Below are positions 8,972 through 19,416 of a DNA stretch of 64,000 nt, in pieces. How positions within the stretch are numbered: position 1 is the stretch's first letter; each line of letters begins with the position of its first letter. Under the pieces are notes generated by a model. It was not told the DNA's origin and ran no database searches. It worked only from the letters and a program-made list of their open reading frames with translations. The translations under genes were made by a program, and so were the position numbers. The DNA is from Trypanosoma brucei (taxonomy: Eukaryota), in contig CH464491.1 of assembly GCA_000002445.1 (NCBI GenBank), forward strand, positions 2,336,001 to 2,400,000. The letters are read 5' to 3'.

Positions 8972-10636
8972 ATGGTTTCGTTTATTTACAGCTGCGTCTC
9001 TAGTCGTCTGATGTTTGCTAGTGTGAAGAGGGCTGTTGGGCAATATTCATGTTTTCATGTGATTTGTTCCCCGCGCTTCCACAGTAACTATGTTGTGGGG
9101 GTCAACAAGGCGCCTAGTTGGATCGCGTCCCCGACAGAAAGGCGACGAAAGTTTGGTGAAGAGTGCCTTGCCGAAGGTAAAGAGCGGGATGGCGACATGG
9201 ATGTAGAGCTTGTTCCCGTGGACGTGAAAAAGCTTGCTTTGCCCCTGCACCTCACGGACTCGATCCCGCAGGATATCGTCGATAATATCGTTGCGAGAGA
9301 TAGAACACTTGTTTTCGCGCCAAACATGAAGATACTAGACCTGCACAGGCGGTTGTCCCGGATGAAGTATCGGATAAGCGTCCAGCCGCTTGGGAAGGTG
9401 CTGCACTTCCGATTCTTTCGGCTGTGTAAATTGTCCAGCGGTATGCCCGGAGATGTTACAGTGGAAACCTTCCGCAGCATCCAGCAGAAACTCTCCGAGT
9501 ACACAAGATTTTTGGTGATGGATGAACGTTGGCCACTGGAGTTGTCATTAGAAATTACCCCCATTATTGAGCATCAACGGAAGCAAATGCTTGAATGCCA
9601 AGGGGAATGCCGCGTTTCAACGGCGGAGGATGTAATGGAGTTACTTAGTAGTGTTTTTTCCGCTGAGCTCCGCGTGGGGGCGTGGTGCGGTTTGTCTTGC
9701 ACACCAGTCTTGGCGAAGATGGCGTGCGACGAGTGTCACAGGAAACACAAACTATGCCGACAGGACTATTCTCGCGGTGGGGTAGTAGGTACCGTGCGTT
9801 ACGATATTAGGTCGCACAAGGAGGCAAAGGAGTTTGTGCAGAACCTTTCGTTGGGCGATATTCCTGTTGTTGGGAAGCCACAGGCGAGGCTCCTGGAAGA
9901 TGTTTATGGCATTACCAAATGCGGCGGGATTGCGGATCAGGAGGTAAGACTGGGTTTCAGCCTGTCGCAGTCGACGATGGAGTTCTTCCTCTCTGTAGCG
10001 TATGGCACCGTTCGACTCCCTAGCGAGGCCACCACCACGCTTTTGCGCAAACCGCCGAGATGTAAGGCCGCCCATATACGGCGCGAGTCACAGTTTGGCC
10101 GTGTGGTATCAGACGAACAGTTTATCAACACCGTAATGTCCGTCTTCGACAACGTGTACACAGACCTTGTGGAACATGATTTCGTGACGGGACGGGTCAT
10201 GATCGAGACACGCCGCACACTCCCGCGCACTCATTGGGTGGTTGAAGAGAGCGAAGACATTGCGCCCCGAACGAACGACCGCGATTTGCTGCGGGAGGTA
10301 ACGATCCGCCTCGCAAGACGTTTTGCCCCACGGCGAACCGAAGAGCTGCGAGACATTTACAGCGTTGGTGTTCATTTCGGAGACGTGCGCTCGTGGTCAG
10401 AGAATGAGAGGTTGCAGAAGAAAGCTGTTGCAGTGAGCGAAGGGGGCAGCCCCACGACAGGCGGAAGGAAGGATGGCGTTATCGGTGCGGCGAACGGTGT
10501 CCCGGCGCCTACAGTGCCCAAGGGTAGCTCTTCCGCTGGGGCACGACAGCAGAAAAGAAAGAGAACGGGCACCGGTCCAAAGCCGTTGAGGAAAGGCAAG
10601 ATGGGGGCGGCATCGGGAATTCGCATCGTCACATAA
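8972..10636 (+). CDS. Divergent Y-family polymerase (pol kappa-like) paralog with a degenerate motif set and a basic Gly/Lys/Arg-rich C-terminal tail; start codon uncertain (candidates 8891, 8972, 9011)
   Basis: Colinear but weak similarity to the array copies: DMDVELVPVD versus DMDMFYAAVE; LVMDERWPLELSLEI versus VGLDDFTLEV; SCTPVLAKMACDECHRKHKLCRQ versus GIGPTAALAKIASNINKPNGQ; GDIPVVGKPQARLLEDVYGITKCGGI versus VPGVGKVTEALLKGLGITTLGDI. The track ORF 8702 starts at TTG inside the poly-Y tract, so the true start is a downstream ATG. The C-terminus GGRKDGVIGAANG...QQKRKRTGTGPKPLRKGK looks like a nuclear localisation signal. Confidence 0.6.
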   Translation: MVSFIYSCVSSRLMFASVKRAVGQYSCFHVICSPRFHSNYVVGVNKAPSWIASPTERRRKFGEECLAEGKERDGDMDVELVPVDVKKLALPLHLTDSIPQDIVDNIVARDRTLVFAPNMKILDLHRRLSRMKYRISVQPLGKVLHFRFFRLCKLSSGMPGDVTVETFRSIQQKLSEYTRFLVMDERWPLELSLEITPIIEHQRKQMLECQGECRVSTAEDVMELLSSVFSAELRVGAWCGLSCTPVLAKMACDECHRKHKLCRQDYSRGGVVGTVRYDIRSHKEAKEFVQNLSLGDIPVVGKPQARLLEDVYGITKCGGIADQEVRLGFSLSQSTMEFFLSVAYGTVRLPSEATTTLLRKPPRCKAAHIRRESQFGRVVSDEQFINTVMSVFDNVYTDLVEHDFVTGRVMIETRRTLPRTHWVVEESEDIAPRTNDRDLLREVTIRLARRFAPRRTEELRDIYSVGVHFGDVRSWSENERLQKKAVAVSEGGSPTTGGRKDGVIGAANGVPAPTVPKGSSSAGARQQKRKRTGTGPKPLRKGKMGAASGIRIVT

Positions 10637-10861
10637 GTGGTGTTGATGGTGGCCACTAATTGCAGATTCTTATTTGGTCGTGGGAGCACTGTTGCTTGCA
10701 AGTGGCCGGTGTACTGCGCGGGGGCAACACTTCAACATGCAGCCGGGCTGAACGGGGCGCGAAGGAAACAGCCGTCGAACCAGAGGTTCTACAAACCCGC
10801 GATGCGTTGATGAGCTAAACGCTTCGTCGAGCACGTACGCTACTCAAAGGCTTTGAGTATC

Positions 10862-12394
10862 ATGCAAAGGTCGCTGTACCTGCCATTCTTTTCTCATCCC
10901 TGCTCATTATTCATTTGCGTCCTTTCCAGGACTTCCTTTTCACCCATTTTCTGTATCCTCATCCTTCGCCTGCAGGTAGCGCTCAGATACCGCGGCATGT
11001 GGCGTCACAGCTGTATTCTTCATGGAATACCCCCTGCAGAGGGGCTGATGACAACCCCCGGAACGCTGCCGCCCACTTCATCCTCTCCGCGTTGTACGCA
11101 CACTTGTGTGGTTCGTGACCAACACCGCGGCCGTGACAACCGCGATTTCGCGCTTTTATCCACGTCGGCATCTCCCGGGGGTCGGCTGCTCTCCTTGCAT
11201 ATCGATAGCGAGCGGGCGGAACTGCGCCAGGCGCGGATCGCAGCTGTGAGTGATTCCCTGTTGAAAACAAGGGGGGCCGCCATGCACTTGCGTCTGACTT
11301 CCTCCCGGAGTGGTGGCGTGGCGCGCGGCGCTGGGTTTGACGCTGGCGAACAAACTCGGGGGAAAGTGCCAACGCCCCTTCAAATGACACCGTGGAGCCG
11401 CGTGGATACCACTGTTTTGGTTACAGATGACTATTGTGAACCGGTACGGCGCCTCCGGCTGTACAGTGAGCATGAGGACACCGCGGTCGTAATGGCGCCG
11501 GACGCGTTGTACCAACTGCGGTTGGATCCGCTGATAAGGGAGTGCTTCTTCGATGTGGGTTGCGCGGCTGTGAACGCAACGGCGGTGGACTGCTGGGGGC
11601 CGCATTGCGCGGTCGTCGGATTTTCTTCGGGTGATTTGTCCGTTGTTGACTGGCGTGACCCAGGTGGTGGTCCGCTGCTGCGGACCAGGCCGCCTCAGCC
11701 ACCATTTGTTGCCCTACCGAAGTGCGGACGGCGCCTTGCAACTGCTCCACTATTTACAGGTGTGATGTCGTGTTGCTCGCTGGATGATGGATTCCGAATT
11801 GTGTGCGGGTTTGGAGATTTCGCCGGAACAGTTGTGGTTGCAGACCTGCGGAAAGCCGTGACGAACTCGAGCGATAAAAGGAAGAGTGGTCGCCGTTCTT
11901 TGGGGAAGGAAGGTCAGGATGCCGTTCTTACTGGCTCCTTTTCATCACCCACCTCCTACCCAGTATGCGACATGAGGCACTGTCGTGACAGCTTTGGCAC
12001 AATTGGCATGGTAGACACAGGAGGGACGGCACTCCTAACGTCAATAGGTGCACTGGAGTCGGGCGCTCTAAAGGCCCGTCGAGCACGGTGTGGGGCGGTT
12101 GCCAATGGAACCTTCGTGAGCGAACTCAAGCGTGGTGATGATGTTCCTATTAAGCATACGCGTGCCCTGCGGTGTGACGTTTCACCAAATGGATCTTTTG
12201 TAGCGAGCACGGCTGCGGGGCCTTGGTCAGCTTCACTTACAACCCTTTGTGGTAGGAGTGTTCCTCTTGGTTTCGGCTACTCTGCGGTGGAGGGGCTTGG
12301 AGAAGAGGTGTTCACGTCGATTTCATGTATGGGATCGGTCGTGGGCGCTCAGGCAATAGATGGGAGCGTCGTCCACGCCACCATTGAACCGTAA
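10862..12394 (+). CDS. Hypothetical protein (possible beta-propeller/WD-like repeats); the N-terminal ~45 codons are probably UTR, and ATG 10997 is an alternative start
   Basis: A long ORF in the same orientation as its neighbours. Its upstream part translates a pyrimidine-rich stretch (LYLPFFSHPCSLFICVL), which is typical of UTR. No motif I can name with confidence. Confidence 0.4.
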   Translation: MQRSLYLPFFSHPCSLFICVLSRTSFSPIFCILILRLQVALRYRGMWRHSCILHGIPPAEGLMTTPGTLPPTSSSPRCTHTCVVRDQHRGRDNRDFALLSTSASPGGRLLSLHIDSERAELRQARIAAVSDSLLKTRGAAMHLRLTSSRSGGVARGAGFDAGEQTRGKVPTPLQMTPWSRVDTTVLVTDDYCEPVRRLRLYSEHEDTAVVMAPDALYQLRLDPLIRECFFDVGCAAVNATAVDCWGPHCAVVGFSSGDLSVVDWRDPGGGPLLRTRPPQPPFVALPKCGRRLATAPLFTGVMSCCSLDDGFRIVCGFGDFAGTVVVADLRKAVTNSSDKRKSGRRSLGKEGQDAVLTGSFSSPTSYPVCDMRHCRDSFGTIGMVDTGGTALLTSIGALESGALKARRARCGAVANGTFVSELKRGDDVPIKHTRALRCDVSPNGSFVASTAAGPWSASLTTLCGRSVPLGFGYSAVEGLGEEVFTSISCMGSVVGAQAIDGSVVHATIEP

Positions 12395-12915
12395 TGGGAG
12401 TTATTTGAGTGCCAGAAGATTGATCACCCGGTGGGCAGTTTTTTGTGTGTGCCTTCTCTGTGAATTACTGTGGTGCAGTTGTAAAATATTTCCACCGATG
12501 TCTCTCTTCTCACGGGCGCAATATTGAGAAACTCGGTCGGATCTTTTTTTTCCTCCCTCTTACGGGACCACAATAAAAACTGAAACCAATGAAATGGGTT
12601 GCTTCAAACCCCTGCTGTTAGTTGAATTGTTGTTCGTGCTTTATGACAACTTTTCCCCCTGTGGTGTACTGCACCGCTGATGCTACAGTTTCGCCGTCAC
12701 CCGCCGTTTGTCTTTTGACTGCCGGCTGTAGGCGGCCGTGTTGCAGTTGGCGAATAGCGCTTAAGGTAAGTTTTTCACAAACCCCCATCGCCCAGTGTTT
12801 TTCTTACAACCTGCTATCATTTGCCCTTTGTCTTCGCTTATGTGTTGCGATGCGCTTACGCACGCAAGTAGTGGGAATAGGACAGCTTAGAACATCTTTT
12901 ACTTCACGAATTTGT

Positions 12916-14496
12916 ATGGGTCGTAGGAGCAACTCTGTCTTCTTCCATCTTTGGCTGAGCTTTGCTTCCCTTTGCCTGGGAAACAGCGACAGTTCAGAGG
13001 GGTCACCCCCAGTTTCTAATGGGACATCGCCTGTAGTTTTGAGTGATCAGTCGGTAGCTAATATGGAAGCAAACGACTCTCAATGGAAGCCTATTCGCAT
13101 CGTGGTATCGGCGAAGGACCTTGATGACTCACTGAAGTATTGCGTGGTGGCCGGCGTCCCCCGGCCCGACTTTATGGGCGGGACTTTGCGCTGCAAAACT
13201 GGCGATGTATTGACGAATGAAAAACGACTAATACTTACAGAGCACGCCCTTCCCAGTGCTATCCACTTACATGCCGAGAGACTTCTTGTTGGCATGGAAA
13301 TCGACAACATCGTCGTTCCAGAGTTTGATTCACCTGCGTGTAAAAGTTTCACCGTTCCCATACATCACCGTTCTGTCGGTGTGCCGCAGGCGGATATTAT
13401 TTTGTACGTGGCTTCTGGGCCTGCGCCTCACGATGGTCCCGCTTACGCAACAACATGTGCTTCGCTTCTCTCTGGGCGTCCAATCGCAGGGGCCATAAAT
13501 TTCTCTCCTAGCGCAATCACTGAGTCGTACCTGTACATTCGGACCGTCGCCCACGAAATAGCCCACGTGCTTGGCTTCAATTTCGAAGCCATGAAGCAGC
13601 TCAACATGGTGGGTACAAAAAATATCCGAGGTAAGTCCTCTGTGAAGGTTGTAAAGACACCCAATGTAGTTAAGGTGGCACGTCAATATTACGGTTGCGG
13701 CAAGATCACTGGCATGGAACTGGAAGATAATGGGGATGACAGCGTACGTAACTCGCACTGGAAACGCCGCATTGCAAGAGACGATCTAATGACTGCCATC
13801 ATGGGGGTTAGTCACTACAGTGAGCTAACATTGGCCTTTTTCCTTGATACGGGGTTTTATAGGGTAAATTGGGAGAAAGGGGAACGTATGCGATGGGGCC
13901 ATGGGGCGGGCTGCAGTTTCATAGAGGGAAAATGCATGGAAAACAATGAAACAAACTTCCCAGACATGTTCTGTAACGACTCTGCGGAAACGCTGTCCTG
14001 CACACATGACCGACAAGCACTTGGGCGCTGCACTGTGCATTCATATGCCGTACCCATAGAGGAAAGTGTGCGATACTTCACGATGTCCTGGGTAGGAGGC
14101 AGTGACAATAATCTAATGGACTATTGCCCTGTTGTAGAACCCTATACGGATAGCTACTGCCGAGATGGTCGGCGGGAGCTGTTACCCGGTAGCCGCATAG
14201 GGGAGAGTTCACGTTGCGTTAAGGGTGAAGGACTAGTTGCCTTCACTACTCATGTTGGCGACATATGTGTGGAGATTCATTGTGGAAAGAGGAGGGGAGT
14301 TAGTATACGTTACAGTGGTGATGATAGCTGGCACGTGTGCCCAGAGGGTGGGCATGTGACGCCCGATAAAACCTTTTCAGAAGGCCGCATTGTGTGCCCT
14401 AAGTGGGAAGAAGTTTGCGACGACAATGCCATGACTCTATCATGTCTAGCTGCCGTGTTCGCCATCTTCGTCAGTGCCCTTTCTTTGGTTGTATGA
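12916..14496 (+). CDS. GP63: GP63 / leishmanolysin-family zinc metalloprotease (major surface protease)
   Basis: HExxH zinc-binding motif in leishmanolysin context (VAHEIAHVLGFN). The mature region is Cys-rich. An N-terminal signal peptide follows ATG 12916 (MGRRSNSVFFHLWLSFASLCLG). The hydrophobic C-terminal tail (LSCLAAVFAIFVSALSLVV) is consistent with a GPI-anchor signal. The track ORF 12622 starts at TTG; ATG 12850 is an alternative start. Confidence 0.8.
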   Translation: MGRRSNSVFFHLWLSFASLCLGNSDSSEGSPPVSNGTSPVVLSDQSVANMEANDSQWKPIRIVVSAKDLDDSLKYCVVAGVPRPDFMGGTLRCKTGDVLTNEKRLILTEHALPSAIHLHAERLLVGMEIDNIVVPEFDSPACKSFTVPIHHRSVGVPQADIILYVASGPAPHDGPAYATTCASLLSGRPIAGAINFSPSAITESYLYIRTVAHEIAHVLGFNFEAMKQLNMVGTKNIRGKSSVKVVKTPNVVKVARQYYGCGKITGMELEDNGDDSVRNSHWKRRIARDDLMTAIMGVSHYSELTLAFFLDTGFYRVNWEKGERMRWGHGAGCSFIEGKCMENNETNFPDMFCNDSAETLSCTHDRQALGRCTVHSYAVPIEESVRYFTMSWVGGSDNNLMDYCPVVEPYTDSYCRDGRRELLPGSRIGESSRCVKGEGLVAFTTHVGDICVEIHCGKRRGVSIRYSGDDSWHVCPEGGHVTPDKTFSEGRIVCPKWEEVCDDNAMTLSCLAAVFAIFVSALSLVV

Positions 14497-15822
14497 ATCG
14501 TGTGACGTGTGGGGATCAAATATCAACCCCGTGGCTCCCGCGTCAGTCCCAACGTAGCAAGGAGGGGACGTGTTGTTTAACAAAAAGTATTCTTTTTTTT
14601 TTTGCCTTTCTATCACCCCCTTCCGGAAGGTTACAGGGGTCTTTTAAAACCGTTTATATATTTTATTGCTCCCTATCACGTCGCTGGAAAATATGAACCG
14701 TGGAGTGGGACAAGTTTGTTTTGTTCCGCGGTACTCTCCCTTCCGGGAATGGTTGGGGTTACTGATTGCGCTTGTTGGCTGAAGGATGAGCGAGTGGTCA
14801 TTGGGAAGGGAGGAAGGAACGAAATAGAATTCGACTAATGATAAATAATTTTAAATAGTGTCCCTCTGCAACCGTCCCTTTTCCAGCTTATTCTTTCGGT
14901 TGAGCGTGTAAGGGGGGATTGTGAACGCCCTCATGGTGTTTACAGTTTTTCTCATCCCTATGTTTCGATCTTCTTTTTGGGGGGTTTACCGCTTTCGATG
15001 CGGGGACTGAGTGTGGCAATTGCTTCGTTCCACTTGGCGGTTGGGAAATCACACCAAGTGCTCATTTTTAAACTTCCCGAGTGAGGATCTCTTGTAGCTT
15101 CGATGCCCTTCACCTTTTCATGTTTTTTTTCGCCTTCCTTTAACTGTGGTGAGAAGAAACTCCCAGCATACGGACGTTTAATACAGTGCAACTAAAGGGA
15201 TGAAGAGGACGAGGATGGAGAATTGTACGGGGTGAATGATTTTTTTACAAACACAGCTGAAAGGTGAGAAAAAGAGGGAAGGTAATAAAGAAAATTGAAA
15301 ACAGAACGTGTATGTGTAGCTCTCGTGGCACACGCTTGTGGCGGGGGCCTGCGTTTTTCGCTCATATACGCGCACACTCTTTGTTCTGTATTTCTTTACT
15401 TGAATCAGCAATGTGTTTTTTTTTCTCGTTTTGGCTCTTGTCCCCCCCCCCCCCAGGAGAGGGGGGACGTTGTTGAACGTTAAGGACCGACTGCAAGTCC
15501 TCGGAAGAGTGCACGGGCTCTGTTTCCATTGAGCTTCGGTGAAAAGAATCTGTTCTCAGCAACATGGTTTCACGCGCGAGCGAGCGATGTGTATTTTAAC
15601 GGATAATTGGCCTACCGCTAACGCTCATTGCGTGATCCAAAGGTGGGCTAATGATAACTCTTTCTCCCTCACATCTGTATGCGCTTATGCAATAAATGGC
15701 AGATCTTAGACTTATGTACTTATTTGTTGTTTAAATGGCATCCCTTACACATTTTTTTCTCGTCTTGTCCATGGGAAACAAAAAAACATTCGCTAGCGAG
15801 CACAATAGGGAAGAGGCTTTGC

Positions 15823-17781
15823 ATGCGCAAGGGGGGAAATGATGCATTTAACAACAGTTCTCAGGAGGGTTTGCGAGTGGTGGGGGAGGTGGGGCGAACG
15901 ACCCCACCTTCAGCATTTGAGCATGCACGGGATCTGATATGCGGCATTCTCGCCAACTGGCCGTACCCATCCCAAGCAGTGTCTCTTCTGCTCTGCGGCC
16001 CTTCCGGAAACGGTAAAAGTTATCTTGTACGAGCTGCTGCTGAAAAGGTCCGCACACAAGATTTTCACCGCCATGTCATAGCAGTCATGCCTTCGTTGGC
16101 CCATTCTTTATCAAGGCGTCATGCGGATGGGAGTACGGCTTTTCGAAAAGATATCCGTAGGGCTATCCAGACAGCGGTTATGAACGAGGAACTGTCGCTT
16201 CCCAACAGCAGCGGCGGCTTAGGGGTCAGTGGTGGTACCGAGTTTGCTGTTCTCGTTGTTCTCGATCATATGGAATTGTTCTTATCAGCCGCCAGTGATG
16301 CTGCGACTCCTGCTCAAGGCAGTGGACCAAAATCAGGACTAGTGGTTGATGTGGCACCACTTAACCCCTCCGTGTTGTGTGATCTCTATGATGTGCTACG
16401 CGGAAGGGAGCTATTCGATCGGGGTGAGTTGACTGCTATGAATTTGAAGGTGGTCCTTTTCGTAACGCTCTTCAGTGGTTCGTACGATGACGTAGATCCC
16501 TTTGCCAGAGCAAAGCTATTCTGCTCCCACGTGTCGTTGAACACACCAACGGAGCGGGAACGCCTCACGTTCTTTACAGGACATGCTGACCTTCCCTACA
16601 CCTTGTGCACTGCTTTGGCAGCACGTACAGGCGGCATTATTTACAGAGGACTGGTCGAAATCATTGAGCATGCGAAAAGCATCTTTTGCAATGTTGTTTC
16701 CGAGGAGGGTCGCCTATTGCTTTCCAACGAGGATGCTGAATCAGCTAGAAATGATGGAAGCAGCGACTATTCAAATGCTTCAAACGCTGTAGGGTTAGCT
16801 GTAAATGTATCACTGCATGTGATCCGAGCATTCGCGGCAAGCGATTCCGCGGCTGCAAGGGACTTTCGGCGGAGTGTTGGCTACGTGGACGTTCAGCAAA
16901 CACGGTGGGACGATATCGCTGGTTTGGACAGTGCCAAATCGACGCTTAAGCGCCTCGTATTGCAGCCACTGCAGTCGAACTTGGTGTACCAGCGCTTTGG
17001 GCTTCAACCATCCACGGGGGTTCTCCTTTACGGTCCACCGGGGACGGGGAAAACGATGCTTGCGAGGGCGATAGCAACGGAACTCAATGCTTCCTTCATC
17101 TACCTCGACCTCCCCCAGCTGATCCAAGCGGAGATGGGCGAGTCCGAGCGGCGCCTTCGGGAGTTCTTCGACGCCGCGCGAGATCGAAGCCCATCCGTCA
17201 TGTTTATTGATGAACTCCAGGCAGCATTCGGCGCTCGTAGTCGAACTGCATCTGTTCACGATTCGAGACTTGTCTCGCAATTTCTTAACTTGCTCGATGC
17301 GGCACGTGAGGACAGCTCTTATTTCACCCTCTTTGTAGGTGCAACAAACGTTGTACACACGTTAGATGGTGAGCTTTTACGCGCTGGTCGGCTCGACACG
17401 ATGGTGGAGGTCCCACCCCTGGACGAGGAGGCGAGGCTTGGATTAGTACGCCGCGTGGTGTATGGAGAGTGGGTTGCCTGGGCTGCATATGCAGCAACGG
17501 AAGCCGCTGGCAACCTAAGATGTGGCATGGATGGTATGGAGGCGCTGACACGTCGGCTTGTTGACGGCACGGTAGGGTTCAGTGGGGCTCAGTTGCGTCA
17601 GACGTTGAACGTGTTCGCTCTGCAGTTTCTTCGACTCAGATGTGGTACAACTACTGGCAGCGGTAATGCGGCATCCACTATTACTCTGCAGGACACCGCC
17701 GCAGGCATGGATGCGTCTGAGTCTCACAATCGTATTGAAGAGGCACTAAGGTTTGCGCTGTCGAGCGCAGTGCGTTACTAG
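15823..17781 (+). CDS. AAA-family ATPase, type II architecture (degenerate first nucleotide-binding fold, canonical second AAA domain)
   Basis: The second domain has Walker A LLYGPPGTGKTMLARAIATE, Walker B VMFIDELQA, a second region of homology, and an arginine finger (GATNVVHTLDGELLRAGRLD). The first domain carries a degenerate P-loop LLCGPSGNGKSYLVRAA. The ATG at 15679 precedes a pyrimidine-rich stretch, so the true start is more likely 15823. Confidence 0.75.
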   Translation: MRKGGNDAFNNSSQEGLRVVGEVGRTTPPSAFEHARDLICGILANWPYPSQAVSLLLCGPSGNGKSYLVRAAAEKVRTQDFHRHVIAVMPSLAHSLSRRHADGSTAFRKDIRRAIQTAVMNEELSLPNSSGGLGVSGGTEFAVLVVLDHMELFLSAASDAATPAQGSGPKSGLVVDVAPLNPSVLCDLYDVLRGRELFDRGELTAMNLKVVLFVTLFSGSYDDVDPFARAKLFCSHVSLNTPTERERLTFFTGHADLPYTLCTALAARTGGIIYRGLVEIIEHAKSIFCNVVSEEGRLLLSNEDAESARNDGSSDYSNASNAVGLAVNVSLHVIRAFAASDSAAARDFRRSVGYVDVQQTRWDDIAGLDSAKSTLKRLVLQPLQSNLVYQRFGLQPSTGVLLYGPPGTGKTMLARAIATELNASFIYLDLPQLIQAEMGESERRLREFFDAARDRSPSVMFIDELQAAFGARSRTASVHDSRLVSQFLNLLDAAREDSSYFTLFVGATNVVHTLDGELLRAGRLDTMVEVPPLDEEARLGLVRRVVYGEWVAWAAYAATEAAGNLRCGMDGMEALTRRLVDGTVGFSGAQLRQTLNVFALQFLRLRCGTTTGSGNAASTITLQDTAAGMDASESHNRIEEALRFALSSAVRY

Positions 17782-18177
17782 TGGCATCCTCAGAGCTGTA
17801 ACGAGAGAGCTTTAATATCTTCTTTGCGATGCACGGAAATTCACCTGCGCATCGGATTGTTGAATTCGAAAGTGTTTCGAGGATACTAACTTTTTTTTTT
17901 TTGCGGTGTCTGCCGCTCTCTGCCTCTGCAGGTTGATTGAAGTGACCAGGCCATCAGCTGGCCGCGCCTTCCCACACACGCTGAAACACCACAATAACGA
18001 GTAAATACCGGAAACTGTTCATTGTATTTCATCCGTCCTTGTATAACTCTCCTTACGTTGGGGAGTTGAAATGAATTGTACCTTGTTGTCTTACCCCATT
18101 TGTCTCCAAATCAAAAGCGAAAGGGTATTGAAAAGGGCAAGAACGTAAGTCTACGCGATACATTGGAGATCACAACC

Positions 18178-18567
18178 ATGGGAAGGATAGGGGACACTCC
18201 GATGATCATCATTGGCCTTCTCGGTTTTATGGGTGTCGCAGCTGCGGCGATTGGCGCGCACTGGCTACATCCGAACCTTCCTGAGAAAGACAGACGGGCC
18301 TGGGACTACGCAGTTCAGTTCAACCTTATCCACACTGCAGCAATGATGGCTATCTTTGCCGTTTGCAAGTCAGTTCATCCGGAAGGCAGCGCCGCTAAGT
18401 GGCTCAACCGCAGTTTCGTGTTATTGTTCGCTGGAACAACGATCTTTTGCGGTACCGTCTATGCCATCTGCTTGGGAGTCCCTGGAAAACAAGTGGGTCC
18501 TCTGGCTCCTGTCGGCGCCATCACAATGATGTTGGGGTGGGTGTCTGTTGCAATTGCAGGTTTCTAA
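18178..18567 (+). CDS. TMEM256 / DUF423-family small multi-pass membrane protein
   Basis: About 130 aa with 3-4 hydrophobic helices and the family-typical pattern: IGAHWL (compare YGAHG), AVQFNLIHTAAMMA, LLFAGTTIFCGTVY, LAPVGAITMMLGWVSVAIAGF. The track ORF starts at TTG 18076; the first ATG is 18178. Confidence 0.65.
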   Translation: MGRIGDTPMIIIGLLGFMGVAAAAIGAHWLHPNLPEKDRRAWDYAVQFNLIHTAAMMAIFAVCKSVHPEGSAAKWLNRSFVLLFAGTTIFCGTVYAICLGVPGKQVGPLAPVGAITMMLGWVSVAIAGF

Positions 18568-19017
18568 GGATTAAAAAATACCAACAACGCGGATGGGGGT
18601 TAGGGGAAGTTGTATACATATATGCATGGTCAAAGGACATCGCGTAAAGATGTCCACTGCAAACCAACATAAGCGGGGGTGACCTCAAGAAATCCGTAAA
18701 ACGTTGTGCAGCAAGAATGCTGCGACATTTCCCCGCATGTTTTCTTTTTGCTTGTCTTTTTTTCCTGCTTAGTTGTTTGAATAATGAATTGCTAGCTGTA
18801 TCGCTGCAGCGCTATGTTTAAGGATGTTCCACCATCACATTGGTGAATAAGATTTTGACATCGGTGCTTCGCTGCCGTTCTCAATGCAGGTGGGTGACGG
18901 TCAGGTGCACTCTCTCTATTTCCCTCAGTTTTTTTTCCTTTGCTATCTCTGCCTCGCTGGTGGCCGCGCTGCAATAAGAAGGAACATACAAAGGGTAACA
19001 AAACCCTCGTAAGAGCA

Positions 19018-19416
19018 ATGAGCGCACAAGGGGATCCACTTCTCCAGGGAACCTATATCCAGGATGACGTGGAGGATGTTCGTTCTACTTCGAAAGCAAT
19101 TGAGCAATTTGAAGCATGTTTGGCGAGCGGCCAACCAATTCATAGCACAAAGTTCCCCAAGAGAAATCATAAGCCAGCACCAGGGACGCCGTTATATCGT
19201 GCAGCAGCAAAAGTCGGTCAAAAACTCCACGGGGGACAAGGGCTTCAACACTCCCAGCAGCAACAACAACAATTAGTTCGGCGAAGGACACTGACAAGCG
19301 CCACGCACCGACCATCCGAAAAACAGGGGCTCTCTGAGGAGGCGTTGGAACGCCTAGAAGATATTGAAGCGGTTCACCGGCTGGGAGCTGATTCTAGTGA
19401 TGACAATGACGATTGA
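19018..19416 (+). CDS. Small hypothetical protein (Gln-rich, acidic C-terminus); could be a spurious ORF
   Basis: An ORF of 132 codons from the first ATG (track start TTG 18940), in the same orientation as its neighbours, with a low-complexity QQQQQQ run. No recognisable domain. Confidence 0.3.
   Translation: MSAQGDPLLQGTYIQDDVEDVRSTSKAIEQFEACLASGQPIHSTKFPKRNHKPAPGTPLYRAAAKVGQKLHGGQGLQHSQQQQQQLVRRRTLTSATHRPSEKQGLSEEALERLEDIEAVHRLGADSSDDNDD

Noticed and set aside
9088-9564. Minus-strand ORFs overlapping + strand genes (for example 9088-9564, 10983-11390, 11156-11605, 16810-17358, 13330-13758, 28847-29413, 35132-35686)
   Set aside because: They sit antisense inside well-supported + strand coding regions, have no recognisable motifs, and show the composition expected of the reverse frame of GC-rich codons. 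I treat them as spurious.
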